DNA of 29,012 bases from Candidatus Zixiibacteriota bacterium (GTDB lineage: Bacteria > Zixibacteria > MSB-5A5 > GN15 > FEB-12), in the NCBI GenBank assembly GCA_041742355.1, contig JBGSIV010000150.1, forward strand, positions 1 through 29,012. Reading direction: 5' to 3'. The notes beneath the pieces were generated by a model. That model saw nothing but the letters and a program-made list of their open reading frames with translations, made no database searches and was not told where the DNA came from. How positions within the stretch are numbered: position 1 is the first letter of the stretch; each line of letters begins with the position of its first letter. This document shows, piece by piece, positions 1-9,164 of this stretch. The position numbers and the translations under genes were made by a program.

Positions 1-908
1 TAAATATTGTGCCAGTTGAACGTGGTCTCGGCCGGAACCGGATAGCTCAGTACCGGGCGAAATCCGAAGCCGTGAATAGAACTGGTGTCCGGAGCAAAGT
101 GTCTGTTAAATGCGTCACCGTCTCCATCCCAGGCCACAACGAGACTCTGATCGCGGAACGCCCCGATCTGATCGTCCCGCCAATCCGGGCTGGCCCCTGA
201 GCCGAACGGATACGGGCTGATTTCCGGATCGAGCACGACTGACAAGAACACGTCTTCGATCGGCTCGCCGGCGACATTAGTCACGGTATAGTCCAACAGC
301 AGGATATTCCCAAAGACGTTATGATCCCAGGTGTATTCCCGTTTGAGAATCGAGATGCCGAGCGGAACGTGATCTCCGTGGAATGGATCGGTGTCCCATG
401 GCCAGTATCGGGGGAAGTCTTCGCGCGTAAATGTGTCGGCAACCTCGACTCGGCAGCCGGTGCCCGGACCTAGAACTTCGGGCAATAGTACAACGCCTGT
501 GTATGGTGCCTCGGTGCTGAAAAACTCATTCGCTTCGTAATACCCGCTTCGGCCAGTGGAGACGAGCGTGTCGCCTGCCCGTATGCCGCCAACCCACATC
601 GCTTCTGCGCCCAGGAGGCGAAGCGGATTGTGCGGTTCGAAGTTGAATACTGGCACGCTGCCGAAAATGTTCGAGGGCGTGCCGGAATAAGAAAGGTAGG
701 GAGCCCGGACGCCTGCCTCAATCTTCGCCGTCTTCAGCGGCATCTGACTGGTCGGCCAGTTGCTCACCCACCGGGCTGTGTAAGGAGAGTGCCCGAAGAA
801 CCCTAGGTGAACCCCACCCCGCTCTGGGCTTTGGCCGACTTCCGGCGCCTCGGCCGGGGCCGACCCGGCCACCACACAAGCCGCTACAACAGCCAGAATA
901 CGCTTCAT
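1..908 (-). CDS. Secreted protein, 5' part only (runs off left edge; absent from ORF track)
   Basis: Manual translation from ATG at 908 (GGGGAG RBS at about 912-917) is stop-free to base 1: MKRILAVVAACVVAGSAPA-EAPEV (signal peptide) ... MWVGGIRAGDTLVSTG ... HVPLGISILKREYTWD ... ILLLDYTVTNVAGEPIEDVFL ... AWDGDGD. The motifs resemble secreted CTD-bearing proteins of Zixibacteria-like genomes (recalled, not searched). Confidence 0.85.
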   Translation of the reverse strand, partial: MKRILAVVAACVVAGSAPAEAPEVGQSPERGGVHLGFFGHSPYTARWVSNWPTSQMPLKTAKIEAGVRAPYLSYSGTPSNIFGSVPVFNFEPHNPLRLLGAEAMWVGGIRAGDTLVSTGRSGYYEANEFFSTEAPYTGVVLLPEVLGPGTGCRVEVADTFTREDFPRYWPWDTDPFHGDHVPLGISILKREYTWDHNVFGNILLLDYTVTNVAGEPIEDVFLSVVLDPEISPYPFGSGASPDWRDDQIGAFRDQSLVVAWDGDGDAFNRHFAPDTSSIHGFGFRPVLSYPVPAETTFNWHNI

Positions 909-941
909 TCGCTCCCCTGAATGGTCGGTTGCTCTGCTGGC

Positions 942-970
942 AATATACCTCTGAAGGATGCTTTTGCCAA
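942..970 (-). promoter_or_regulatory. Sigma70-like promoter for the left-edge gene
   Basis: Minus strand TTGGCA (970-965), 17-nt spacer, TATATT (947-942), 33 nt upstream of ATG 908. Confidence 0.6.
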
Positions 971-1200
971 GGGCTGGCAGGACCAGCGTGAATAGTAAGA
1001 GCCTAATGGGAGTAGGACTGTCCCGTTTCACACTTTTTCGCCCCAGTAGGCAAAGTTGCGCACAATGTAACACCGCCGGTTCATACTTGTGGGCCGAAGA
1101 ACTGGGCCATGGTTCGATAACTCCCGTAAGGCCAATGCGCAGACAGCATTATGAACTCGGCCCGATTCTTGCGACTGCAGTTCTCCGGATAGAAATCGCC

Positions 1201-1228
1201 TTGACAATCGCAGGTCGGAAAGTATATT
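1201..1228 (+). promoter_or_regulatory. Sigma70-like promoter for the giant secreted protein
   Basis: Perfect TTGACA (1201-1206), 16-nt spacer, TATATT (1223-1228). Confidence 0.7.
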
Positions 1229-1390
1229 GGAATGGTTAACGCAAGTCGCGCATTTACTACTACAGCGCAACGGTTTAACACATCCACAGTTCTTGGTGGA
1301 CAAAGAGGCGCTAAAGACTGCGTCAACAGGGATGGTCTGTCCCTGTTTTCGTGTGAAATACGGCACTGCATCGGGTTCTCAACCAATCCT

Positions 1391-1440
1391 GTAGGTCGCT
1401 GGCGGATTCCGCCGAAGTACCGCCAGCCTTACCGGGAGGA
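1391..1440 (+). promoter_or_regulatory. Leader hairpin directly followed by RBS
   Basis: GTAGG(TC)GCTGGCGG pairs with CCGCCAGCCTTAC (1391-1432); GGAGGA at 1435-1440 precedes ATG 1444. Confidence 0.55.
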
Positions 1441-1443
1441 AAG

Positions 1444-4400
1444 ATGAAACACTCAGGGTTCGCTCAGCTTCTTCTTACGCTGATTCTCTCTCTCACCTTT
1501 AGCGCCGTGGCCGCCGAGACGCCCCCTGTGCCGATCGACACGGTGGACGTGTGCGCCGGTGACAAGCTCTATGACACACTGGTAGTGAGCTTGACTGATC
1601 CGGCCGACACCAACGTGGCGATGGCGCTGGTCAACAGCCCGGGCACACTCACATGGGCTGTGGTGGGCGACAAGATTAACGGCTACTACGAGTACACGCC
1701 CGCTCAGGACACGATCTTCCAGATCGAATACCGGGTGCAGTTCTCGGAGACCGAGTCAGCCAACTACTTCCGGAAGTATGTGGTCCGTTACGACGAGGCC
1801 CCGACCATCGAAGACCAGTTCCGGTCGTTCAAGGTCTGCTGGCCGGGACCGCATTACCTGAAAGTCTACGCCTCCGATCCGGAGAGCAGGCCTTTGAGTT
1901 TCGCCATTCTTTCGGGCCCGGGGTCGATTGCCTCCGACGGCGTGATCACCTACACGCCCGACACGGCCGGCGTGTACACATTTTCGGTCGAAGTATCCGA
2001 CCTGTGCAGCAGCGACACGGCGATGATCTATGATACCGTCGTGTTCAACAGCTCGCCGGTGATCGTCCTCCCCGATAGCGTCTTCTCCCTGTGTGCACCA
2101 AGCGAAATCTGTTTTGACTTCTTCTTTTCCGATCGCGACGGGGATCAGGTGTGGTTCGAGCAGGTCGGCGGGCCGGGCTCGACATCCGTAATCAATGATT
2201 CTACCGGCCGGACCTGTTTCACGCCGGCCAACCTCGACAGTGCCTGGTACACATTCTACTATAGCTATCTCGACAACTGCGAAGGCGTCGACAAAGCCCT
2301 GGCCAACCCGGACTGGATGTACGACAGCCTCCGCGTCCTCGTGATCGTCAACGAGCCGCCGGTCATCAGCTGTCCCGAAGCACAGGAGTTCTTCTCCTGC
2401 GTGACCGACACCTTCTGCTTCAATGTCGAAGCCGTCGACCCCGAGATGGGGCCGGTCCAGTTTAACGTCCTTTCCGGCAATGCCTGGATGGATCAGGCCG
2501 GGAAGGTCTGCTTCGAAGGCAGCCAGTCGTCGCAGTTCACCGTCGTAATCGAGGCGGTGGACGAGTGCGGCGCAACCGATACATGCAGCGTGCCGGTGAC
2601 GGTGAACGGCAACCGCCCTCCGTATGTCCAGACGGCGGCCGACTTCGCCCTGACCCTCTGCGTACCTGAGACCATCTGCTTCTCGGCGACCGCCGATGAT
2701 CCTGACTTCGATCTGGCCAGCGTCACCGTCAATCTGGGTACTTGGGACGACGCGACCGACCGGGTCTGTTTCGTGCCCGAAGGTCCGGGCGTCTATGAAA
2801 TAATCGTAACCGCGACCGACTCGTGCGGGATCTCCGATGCCGACACGACGGTTGTCACGGTCAGCATGCCCGACAAACCGATGGTCGATCTCGGCGCCGA
2901 TTTCGACGCCCCGCTGTGCGGCGCGTTCGAAGTCTGCGTCAACGCTGACATCGTGGCCGACACCATCATCTCGTACATTCTGCCACAGGAGAATATCTAC
3001 AGCTTTGATCCCCAGACCGGGAAGATCTGCTTCACGCCCGACACCGCTGGCGTCTACACGGTGATCTTCGGGGTGCTCGGGGAATGCGGCTTCGAGGATA
3101 GAGACACGGTCAACGTGACCGTCAGCTTCCCGCCGTCGCCGTTTGTCAACCTCGGTGTCGATCAGAATCAGGCGCTTTGTGAGCCGGAGGAGATTTGCGT
3201 CGACGTCCAGACAGTCGCCGCCTGGAAGTCACTCACGAGCAACTTCGGCAACTACAACAGCGAAACCGGCCAGTTCTGCTTCTGGGCCGATACGGCCGGA
3301 ACGTACCGCTTGATCGCGACCGTGGTCGATTCGTGCGACCTCACTGCTTCGGACACCATTCTGGTGACAATCGAAATGAACACGCTTCCGGTGATCGCCC
3401 TGGGGTATGATCAGCATATCCCGCTCTGCGAACCGGACTCGATCTGTATTCCGTTTGAAACGCTGATCGACCAGGAGTCCGAAGCCCTCCAGCTCGTCTC
3501 CAATTTCGGCAGCATCGATCCGACCGGCGCAGTGTGTTTCCTGGCCGATACCGCCGGCACCTACGAGATCATCGTAACCGCGACCGACGATTGCGGCGCG
3601 GCCGATTCAGATACTATAATGGTGACGGTCGAACTGGCCGGCCCGAGCAGCCTTGACCTCGGCGACGATTTCACCGCCAACCTCTGCGCTCCCGAAGAGA
3701 TTTGCATTGATGTCGCCTGGATGGCCGATGAGCCGGTGTTCCAGCTTCCCGAATTCGGGTACTTCGACTCGCGTACCGGCAAGTTCTGCTTCACGCCCGC
3801 CGAAGCCGGCACCTACACGGTCATTTTCGGCATGACCGATATCTGCCAGCGGTTCCTTGCCGATACGGTCGAAGTAACCGTTACCCTGGCATCCGTGCCG
3901 TTTGTCACGCTCGACGACGACATGAATATTAAGCAGTGCGTACCCGAGCCAATCTGTGTCGATGTCTCGACCATCGCCAACTACGTCTCGCTGACGCCGT
4001 CGCTTGGGACCTATGACCCATCAACCGGTCAGGTTTGCTTCACGCCCAGTGAGGCCGGCTCGTACCTCCTGATCGTGTCGGTGGTCGATTCCTGCGGGGC
4101 CTCGGTGGCCGACACCTGCAGTATCACCGTCGACTTCGGAAACGCCCCGGTCATTGCTTCCCTGCCGGATACGACCATGTACCTGTGTTATGCGCAGTGG
4201 GTCTGCCTGCCGCTCTCCGTCACCGACAGCGACAACGACATCGCCACCGTTACCGTGAACCGCGGTATGGTGACCGACGACGGCCGGGTGTGCTTCGTGC
4301 CTTATACCGGCGGCGTCTTTAGTATCATCGTCACCGCGACCGACAGCTGCGGCAACCAGGATGTGGACACCTGCGAGGTGACGGTCAAGACCGATGAAGA

Positions 4401-7400
4401 CGTCCAGATCGAGTGCCCGACCGATACGACCGTCTTCACCTGCAATCTCGTCGACACGTTCTGCTTCGCCGTGCCGGGGATTCCGGAAGGGGCGACGGTG
4501 ACGGTCAGCGGCATCAATACGACGTGGAACCCGGAGACGCAGTCGGTCTGCTTCTGGTCACAGTGCTCGAACCAGAACCGGATCCGCATGACTATCACCA
4601 CGGCCTGCTCCGTTTACGACTGCGATTTCACGGTGACGGTGTTGTGCAACGCCGCGCCGGTGGTCTTCCTGCCGAAGGACACCACGGTGGGCACCTGTGG
4701 TCCGACCAGCATGTGTTTCCCGGTCGGTATCAGTGATGCCAACCGAAACCTCATGACGGTGAACGTGACCGGCGGCGTGTACAACCCGCGCACCGGCCGC
4801 GTCTGTGTCGATCTGGGTTACTCCGGGACGCAGGAAGTCATCGTGACCGCGATCGACTCCTGCGGCCTCTCGGCCACCGACCGCATGAACATCATGATCA
4901 GGCCGAATACGCCGCCCGATGTGACCGTTGACGCTCCTGATTCGACGTACACCCAGTGCATGCCGACCCAGATCTGCCTGCCGGTCACGATATCCGATAT
5001 CGACGGACAGCAGGTGACAGTCACGTACGTCACGCCCGGCTTCACGTACAGCAGCCAGGGGTCGTTGATCTGCTTCACGCCGGATACGACCGGTCGCTAC
5101 TGCGGGAAGATCGTCGTTACCGATGAATGCGGCGTGCCCGACACGGCCGGGTTCTGCGTGAACGTTGAAACCGGCAGCTACGTCAGCATCCAGTGCCCGA
5201 CCGAGGGTGCGTTCGAATACGATCTCTGTGCGCCGGCCAGCATCTGTATCCCAATGGTCGTCACCGGCCCTGACTTCCAGGTCACGACCACCTACGGCCA
5301 GTGGACCAACAACCAGCTCTGCTTCAACGCAGATTCAGCCGGCACCTACAATATCCAGGTGATCGGAGCTTCCGAATGCAATGCAGACACCTGCTTCGTC
5401 ACGGTCAACGTGCGGATTGCTCCGCCGGTTTCGATTACCTGCCCCGGCGATACGACTCTCTTCAACTGCGCTCCGGATACCCTCTGCCTGCCGTACAGCG
5501 CCTCCGCTTCGGTTAGCAATATGGCCGTGATCGGCGACGCGTACCTGGGTGAAGGAACGGTTTGCGTCCCGATGCCATCCGGCAGCGGCTCCAAAACCAT
5601 CACCCTGATCGGCACGGGCGAGTGCGGCGCCGACACGTGCAGCTTCACGGTCACCTACGCCACCAATCGCCCGCCATCAATCGTGCTGACCACACCGAAC
5701 GCGGTCACGACCTGCACCACGGCCGACGTGTGCGTCAAGTACACGGCAACCGACCCGGACAACAACATTGTCTCGATTGTTGCGGGCGCCGGAGTGGTCG
5801 GAGCCGACTCGATCTGCTTCTCCGGCTTGGCTATCGGTACGCACGAGATCATTGCGACCGTGACCGATGCCTGCGGTGCCACGGCCAAAGACACGGTCCT
5901 CATCCGCGTCCTGCCTGGCGTAAGCGCGACCATCATCTGCCCGACGGTCCTTCCGGTCGACACCATCTGTGCGCCGGATACTATCTGCGTGACGGCGCCG
6001 GTGAGCCCGGCCAACGCGATAGTGACGATCTCGCCCGTGGGATACTACAATACCGCGACCGGGCAGGCCTGTATCCCGGTGAGCGCGACCGGCACGATCA
6101 AGGTCAAGGTGATAGCGACCGCGCCCTGCGGCAACGACACCTGTGATTTCGATATCAACGTGGTTCGGGCGGAAGCTCCGACAGTCACTGTCCGTGCCAC
6201 CATGGATACGCTGCTCTGCCTGACCGGTCCGAAGACGATCAAGTACCCGGTGACTATCACCGGCACCCGGGTCAACGTGACGGTGAGCAGCCCGGCGACG
6301 TACAGCAACGGCGAGGTCTCGCTCACGGTCAGCCAGCCGGGAACCTACCCGATTACCGTGACCGCAACCGGTTTCTGCGGGACAGCCAGCAAGACCACGA
6401 CGATAACGGTCCGCAAGGACCAGGCCCCGGTTGTGACGGTTCCGGCTACCCAGACCTTCGAGCGGTGCCCCGGTGACACCGAAGTGATTTGTATCGACGG
6501 GATTTCCGCGACCGACGCTGAATCGACCCCGGCTCTTTCCATGGTCTGCGGCGTGGGCGAATTCACCCATCTCGGCTCGGCCAGCGGCGGCATCTGCTTC
6601 GTGCCGGATACCATGGGCCTGTACGCCTTCTGCTTCGAAGCCTCGGATGGCTGCAACATGGCCCTCGACACGATGTATGTCGAGATTATCGAAAAGGAAG
6701 ACTGCGACGTGTGCGTGCGGCTCAGCATCGAGAGCGGCGGGTGTACTCCCGTCGGCGTGAACAAGCAGGTCGAGCTCATGATCGAGACCAACACTCCGGT
6801 CGGCGGCTTCGACGTCCTGCTTTCGTTCGACAAATCGGTGCTGACGTTCAACTGGGTAACACCCGGAGCCGCGATCGACGGCTGGGAATACTTCACCTAC
6901 CGGCTCGATGACGTGACCTGCGGTACCTCGTGCCCGTCGCGCTACCTGCGCATGGTCGGTATTGCCGACATGAACAACGGCGCCGCGCACCCGCCCCAGT
7001 CGGCCCTGTCGCCGAACGGTGTGTTCGCCACGATCGAGTTCTACGTCGCCAACGACCAGAACCTCGGTGACCAGTTCCTCCCGATCAAATTCTACTGGTT
7101 CGATTGTGGTGACAACAGCTTCTCCGACCCGACCGGGGTCAACCAGTACATCGATATCCGGATCTTCAACCACGAGGGTCTCTACCTGTGGGATGAGTAC
7201 GACGAGATCAACTTCCGGGAAGCCAATCGCCCCGCCGGCCTCGGCGCGAAGGATCAATGCATCCAGGAAGTGCCCGGCAAGCCGGCCGCCCAGCGCTGCA
7301 TCGAGTTCTACAACGGCGGCATCTGGGTCTGCCACCCCGATTCTCTCGATGATCGCGGCGACGTCAATCTCAACGGCGTAGCCTACGAAATCGGCGATGC

Positions 7401-8208
7401 GGTCGTCTTCTCGAACTACTTCATCTACGGCTTCTCGGCCTTCACCGTCAGCATCCCCGGCCAGACCGCGGCCACCGACGTGAATGCGGATGGCTTAACG
7501 CTGACAGTGGCCGACTTGGTCTACCTGATCCGGGTCATTATCGGCGATGCCGTCGCTCTGCCGCGCCTGAACCCGTACCAGGGCGAGATCGCCGTCGATG
7601 CGATTCGCGAGGACGGGTCGGTGGCGATCGTTTCGAACGCCCCCGGTGAAATTGGCGGCGCCTACCTCGTCTACCGGCTCGATGAGGGCATGACCGTGCA
7701 TAACGTAGCCCCAGGCGTCGGTGCCGAGGGCATGGACCTGATGTGGCGGGTGGTAGACAACCAGCTGCGCGTCCTGATCTTCGACATTGGCCAGAACGCG
7801 GTTGCCCCGGGCGAACAGGAACTGCTGAAGATCGATCTCTCCGGCTCCGGTGAATTGCTCCGGGTGAAATCCGAGGTGGTCGACTACCAGGGCGCTCCGT
7901 ACCGCATCGCGGCCGGCAAGGGGACCTTACCGACCACGTGCACCCTGGACCAGAACTATCCCAACCCGTTCAATCCGACTACGACGATCGGGTTCTCTTT
8001 GCCGCAGGCGGCCGACTGGATGCTGGAGATCTACAACGTCAACGGCAACCTGGTCTGCAGCTTCACCGGTGCGGCCGACGCGGGCAGCGTGTCGGTCACG
8101 TGGGATGGTACGGCGACCGACGGCAGCCGGGTGGCCTCGGGTGTGTACCTGTACCGCCTTGAAGCCGGCGAGTTCACCGATACGAAGAAGATGATTCTGC
8201 TCAAGTAA
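1444..8208 (+). CDS. Giant secreted protein: Cys-rich Ig/cadherin-like repeats, cohesin-like, dockerin-like and T9SS/FlgD-type C-terminal domains
   Basis: 2254 aa; signal peptide ending AVA-A; about 19 repeats of about 85 aa; cohesin-like segment (GGFDVLLSFDKSVLTF...WEYFTYR); duplicated dockerin loops (GDVNLNG...IGDAV and TDVNADG...VADLVYL); C-terminal LDQNYPNPFNPTTTI...WDG...VASGVYLYRL...KKMILLK. Confidence 0.92.
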   Translation: MKHSGFAQLLLTLILSLTFSAVAAETPPVPIDTVDVCAGDKLYDTLVVSLTDPADTNVAMALVNSPGTLTWAVVGDKINGYYEYTPAQDTIFQIEYRVQFSETESANYFRKYVVRYDEAPTIEDQFRSFKVCWPGPHYLKVYASDPESRPLSFAILSGPGSIASDGVITYTPDTAGVYTFSVEVSDLCSSDTAMIYDTVVFNSSPVIVLPDSVFSLCAPSEICFDFFFSDRDGDQVWFEQVGGPGSTSVINDSTGRTCFTPANLDSAWYTFYYSYLDNCEGVDKALANPDWMYDSLRVLVIVNEPPVISCPEAQEFFSCVTDTFCFNVEAVDPEMGPVQFNVLSGNAWMDQAGKVCFEGSQSSQFTVVIEAVDECGATDTCSVPVTVNGNRPPYVQTAADFALTLCVPETICFSATADDPDFDLASVTVNLGTWDDATDRVCFVPEGPGVYEIIVTATDSCGISDADTTVVTVSMPDKPMVDLGADFDAPLCGAFEVCVNADIVADTIISYILPQENIYSFDPQTGKICFTPDTAGVYTVIFGVLGECGFEDRDTVNVTVSFPPSPFVNLGVDQNQALCEPEEICVDVQTVAAWKSLTSNFGNYNSETGQFCFWADTAGTYRLIATVVDSCDLTASDTILVTIEMNTLPVIALGYDQHIPLCEPDSICIPFETLIDQESEALQLVSNFGSIDPTGAVCFLADTAGTYEIIVTATDDCGAADSDTIMVTVELAGPSSLDLGDDFTANLCAPEEICIDVAWMADEPVFQLPEFGYFDSRTGKFCFTPAEAGTYTVIFGMTDICQRFLADTVEVTVTLASVPFVTLDDDMNIKQCVPEPICVDVSTIANYVSLTPSLGTYDPSTGQVCFTPSEAGSYLLIVSVVDSCGASVADTCSITVDFGNAPVIASLPDTTMYLCYAQWVCLPLSVTDSDNDIATVTVNRGMVTDDGRVCFVPYTGGVFSIIVTATDSCGNQDVDTCEVTVKTDEDVQIECPTDTTVFTCNLVDTFCFAVPGIPEGATVTVSGINTTWNPETQSVCFWSQCSNQNRIRMTITTACSVYDCDFTVTVLCNAAPVVFLPKDTTVGTCGPTSMCFPVGISDANRNLMTVNVTGGVYNPRTGRVCVDLGYSGTQEVIVTAIDSCGLSATDRMNIMIRPNTPPDVTVDAPDSTYTQCMPTQICLPVTISDIDGQQVTVTYVTPGFTYSSQGSLICFTPDTTGRYCGKIVVTDECGVPDTAGFCVNVETGSYVSIQCPTEGAFEYDLCAPASICIPMVVTGPDFQVTTTYGQWTNNQLCFNADSAGTYNIQVIGASECNADTCFVTVNVRIAPPVSITCPGDTTLFNCAPDTLCLPYSASASVSNMAVIGDAYLGEGTVCVPMPSGSGSKTITLIGTGECGADTCSFTVTYATNRPPSIVLTTPNAVTTCTTADVCVKYTATDPDNNIVSIVAGAGVVGADSICFSGLAIGTHEIIATVTDACGATAKDTVLIRVLPGVSATIICPTVLPVDTICAPDTICVTAPVSPANAIVTISPVGYYNTATGQACIPVSATGTIKVKVIATAPCGNDTCDFDINVVRAEAPTVTVRATMDTLLCLTGPKTIKYPVTITGTRVNVTVSSPATYSNGEVSLTVSQPGTYPITVTATGFCGTASKTTTITVRKDQAPVVTVPATQTFERCPGDTEVICIDGISATDAESTPALSMVCGVGEFTHLGSASGGICFVPDTMGLYAFCFEASDGCNMALDTMYVEIIEKEDCDVCVRLSIESGGCTPVGVNKQVELMIETNTPVGGFDVLLSFDKSVLTFNWVTPGAAIDGWEYFTYRLDDVTCGTSCPSRYLRMVGIADMNNGAAHPPQSALSPNGVFATIEFYVANDQNLGDQFLPIKFYWFDCGDNSFSDPTGVNQYIDIRIFNHEGLYLWDEYDEINFREANRPAGLGAKDQCIQEVPGKPAAQRCIEFYNGGIWVCHPDSLDDRGDVNLNGVAYEIGDAVVFSNYFIYGFSAFTVSIPGQTAATDVNADGLTLTVADLVYLIRVIIGDAVALPRLNPYQGEIAVDAIREDGSVAIVSNAPGEIGGAYLVYRLDEGMTVHNVAPGVGAEGMDLMWRVVDNQLRVLIFDIGQNAVAPGEQELLKIDLSGSGELLRVKSEVVDYQGAPYRIAAGKGTLPTTCTLDQNYPNPFNPTTTIGFSLPQAADWMLEIYNVNGNLVCSFTGAADAGSVSVTWDGTATDGSRVASGVYLYRLEAGEFTDTKKMILLK
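1795..6702 (+). repeat. About 19 tandem protein-level repeats (about 85 aa each), diverged at DNA level
   Basis: Recurring pattern [N/P]xxP-x(n)-C-x5-C-...-(D-x-D)-...-G-x-x-C-F-x-P-x-x-x-G-x-Y-...-D-x-C-G-...-D-T-x-x-V-x-V, aligned by eye. Confidence 0.85.
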
Positions 8209-8240
8209 GAGACGAACCCCTCTCTTATCTTTCCTCTGAT

Positions 8241-8280
8241 GCGCCCGCCGAGTAGTGCCCTCGGCGGGCGCTTTACTGTT
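8241..8280 (+). terminator. Intrinsic terminator between convergent genes
   Basis: 12-bp perfect stem GCGCCCGCCGAG / CTCGGCGGGCGC, 7-nt loop, then TTTACTGTT; 32 nt after stop 8208. Confidence 0.8.
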
Positions 8281-8302
8281 ACGCCGGGAGCTGAGAGAGG
8301 CG

Positions 8303-8773
8303 CTACTTGTGGTAGTCGGTGCCGTGGAGGATTGAAAATCCGCGATAGAGCTGTTCCAGCAGGACGAGGCGGACGAGTTGGTGCGAAAATGTCAGAGGGG
8401 AGAGGGAGAGGACAAGGCCGGCGCGGCGCAGGACCGATTCGTCAAGGCCGTACGGGCCGCCGATCACAAACGTCACCGCGCCGCCGGAGCTAATCTGCCA
8501 CTGCTCGAGCAGCCGGGCAAACTGCCCGCTGTCGGTTTGTTTGCCGGAGTCGGCCAAGGCCACGATGAACCCGTTACCAGCTTTCGCCAGCAGCCGCACC
8601 GCTTCGTCACGTTTGATCTCGTCGGGGGATTTGCCGGCGCTGTCGCGCGGGGAAGCGACTACCTCCCAACCGATGCGACACCACCGGCCCAGGAGCTTCT
8701 CGTAGTGAGCCGCCCCGTCGGTGACCCAGCGGTCCTTGTCCTTGCCGATGGCAAGAATCGTTACTCTAAGCAC
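8303..8773 (-). CDS. rlmH: 23S rRNA (pseudouridine1915-N3)-methyltransferase
   Basis: 156 aa SPOUT protein with FVIGGPYG, LSLSPLTFSHQLVRLVLLEQLYRGFSI and terminal YHK; GTG start overlaps the yjbQ end. Confidence 0.95.
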   Translation of the reverse strand: MLRVTILAIGKDKDRWVTDGAAHYEKLLGRWCRIGWEVVASPRDSAGKSPDEIKRDEAVRLLAKAGNGFIVALADSGKQTDSGQFARLLEQWQISSGGAVTFVIGGPYGLDESVLRRAGLVLSLSPLTFSHQLVRLVLLEQLYRGFSILHGTDYHK

Positions 8774-9164
8774 CGGGTAAAATAGTCACGACCAGCCGCC
8801 GCTGACGGGGGCCGTCGAACTCGCAGAAGTAGATCCCCTGCCAGACGCCAAGGACGAGATCGCCGTCCGCAATCGGAATGAACTCCGACGCCCCGACCAG
8901 TGAGCTCTTCACATGGGCATCGGAATTCCCTTCGGCATGGCGGTAGTCGTCGGACTGGGGAATATCCTTGTTCAGTTTATAGAGAATGTCGCGGGGGACA
9001 TTCGGATCCGTGTTCTCATTAATAGTGACAGCCGCGCTCGTGTGGGGGACGAAACATACCACCGCACCAGATTGCACGCCGCTCTCCCGGACAACGCGCC
9101 GCACTGCGTCGGTGACGTCGATCATCTGTTCGCGGGCAGTGGTCCTGACCGTCAGTTCACTCAT
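8766..9164 (-). CDS. yjbQ: YjbQ/UPF0047 family protein (secondary thiamine-phosphate synthase-like)
   Basis: HTSAAVTINENTDP, HAEGNSDAHVKSSL, LGVWQGIYFCEFDGPR. Start moved to ATG 9164 (MSELTV), overlapping the ftsY stop. Confidence 0.92.
   Translation of the reverse strand: MSELTVRTTAREQMIDVTDAVRRVVRESGVQSGAVVCFVPHTSAAVTINENTDPNVPRDILYKLNKDIPQSDDYRHAEGNSDAHVKSSLVGASEFIPIADGDLVLGVWQGIYFCEFDGPRQRRLVVTILPGA

Noticed and set aside
1040..1200. Possible c-di-GMP riboswitch (GGCAAA) or operator palindromes (GTTCATA...TATGAAC; AATGC...GCATT)
   Set aside because: The GAAA-loop and GCAAAG architecture is missing, the region is upstream of both predicted promoters, and the repeats are short enough to be chance.
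958..1447. Short ORFs in the divergent intergenic region
   Set aside because: No RBS or coding-like codon bias; they overlap the promoters and leader hairpins.
1795..6702. CRISPR-like or DGR-like nucleotide repeats in the giant gene
   Set aside because: Repeats are protein-level and strongly diverged; no identical spaced repeats, adenine-specific variant pair, cas gene or reverse transcriptase seen.
5677..7335. 552-aa antisense ORF
   Set aside because: Shadow of the GC3-biased giant gene; no recognisable motifs.
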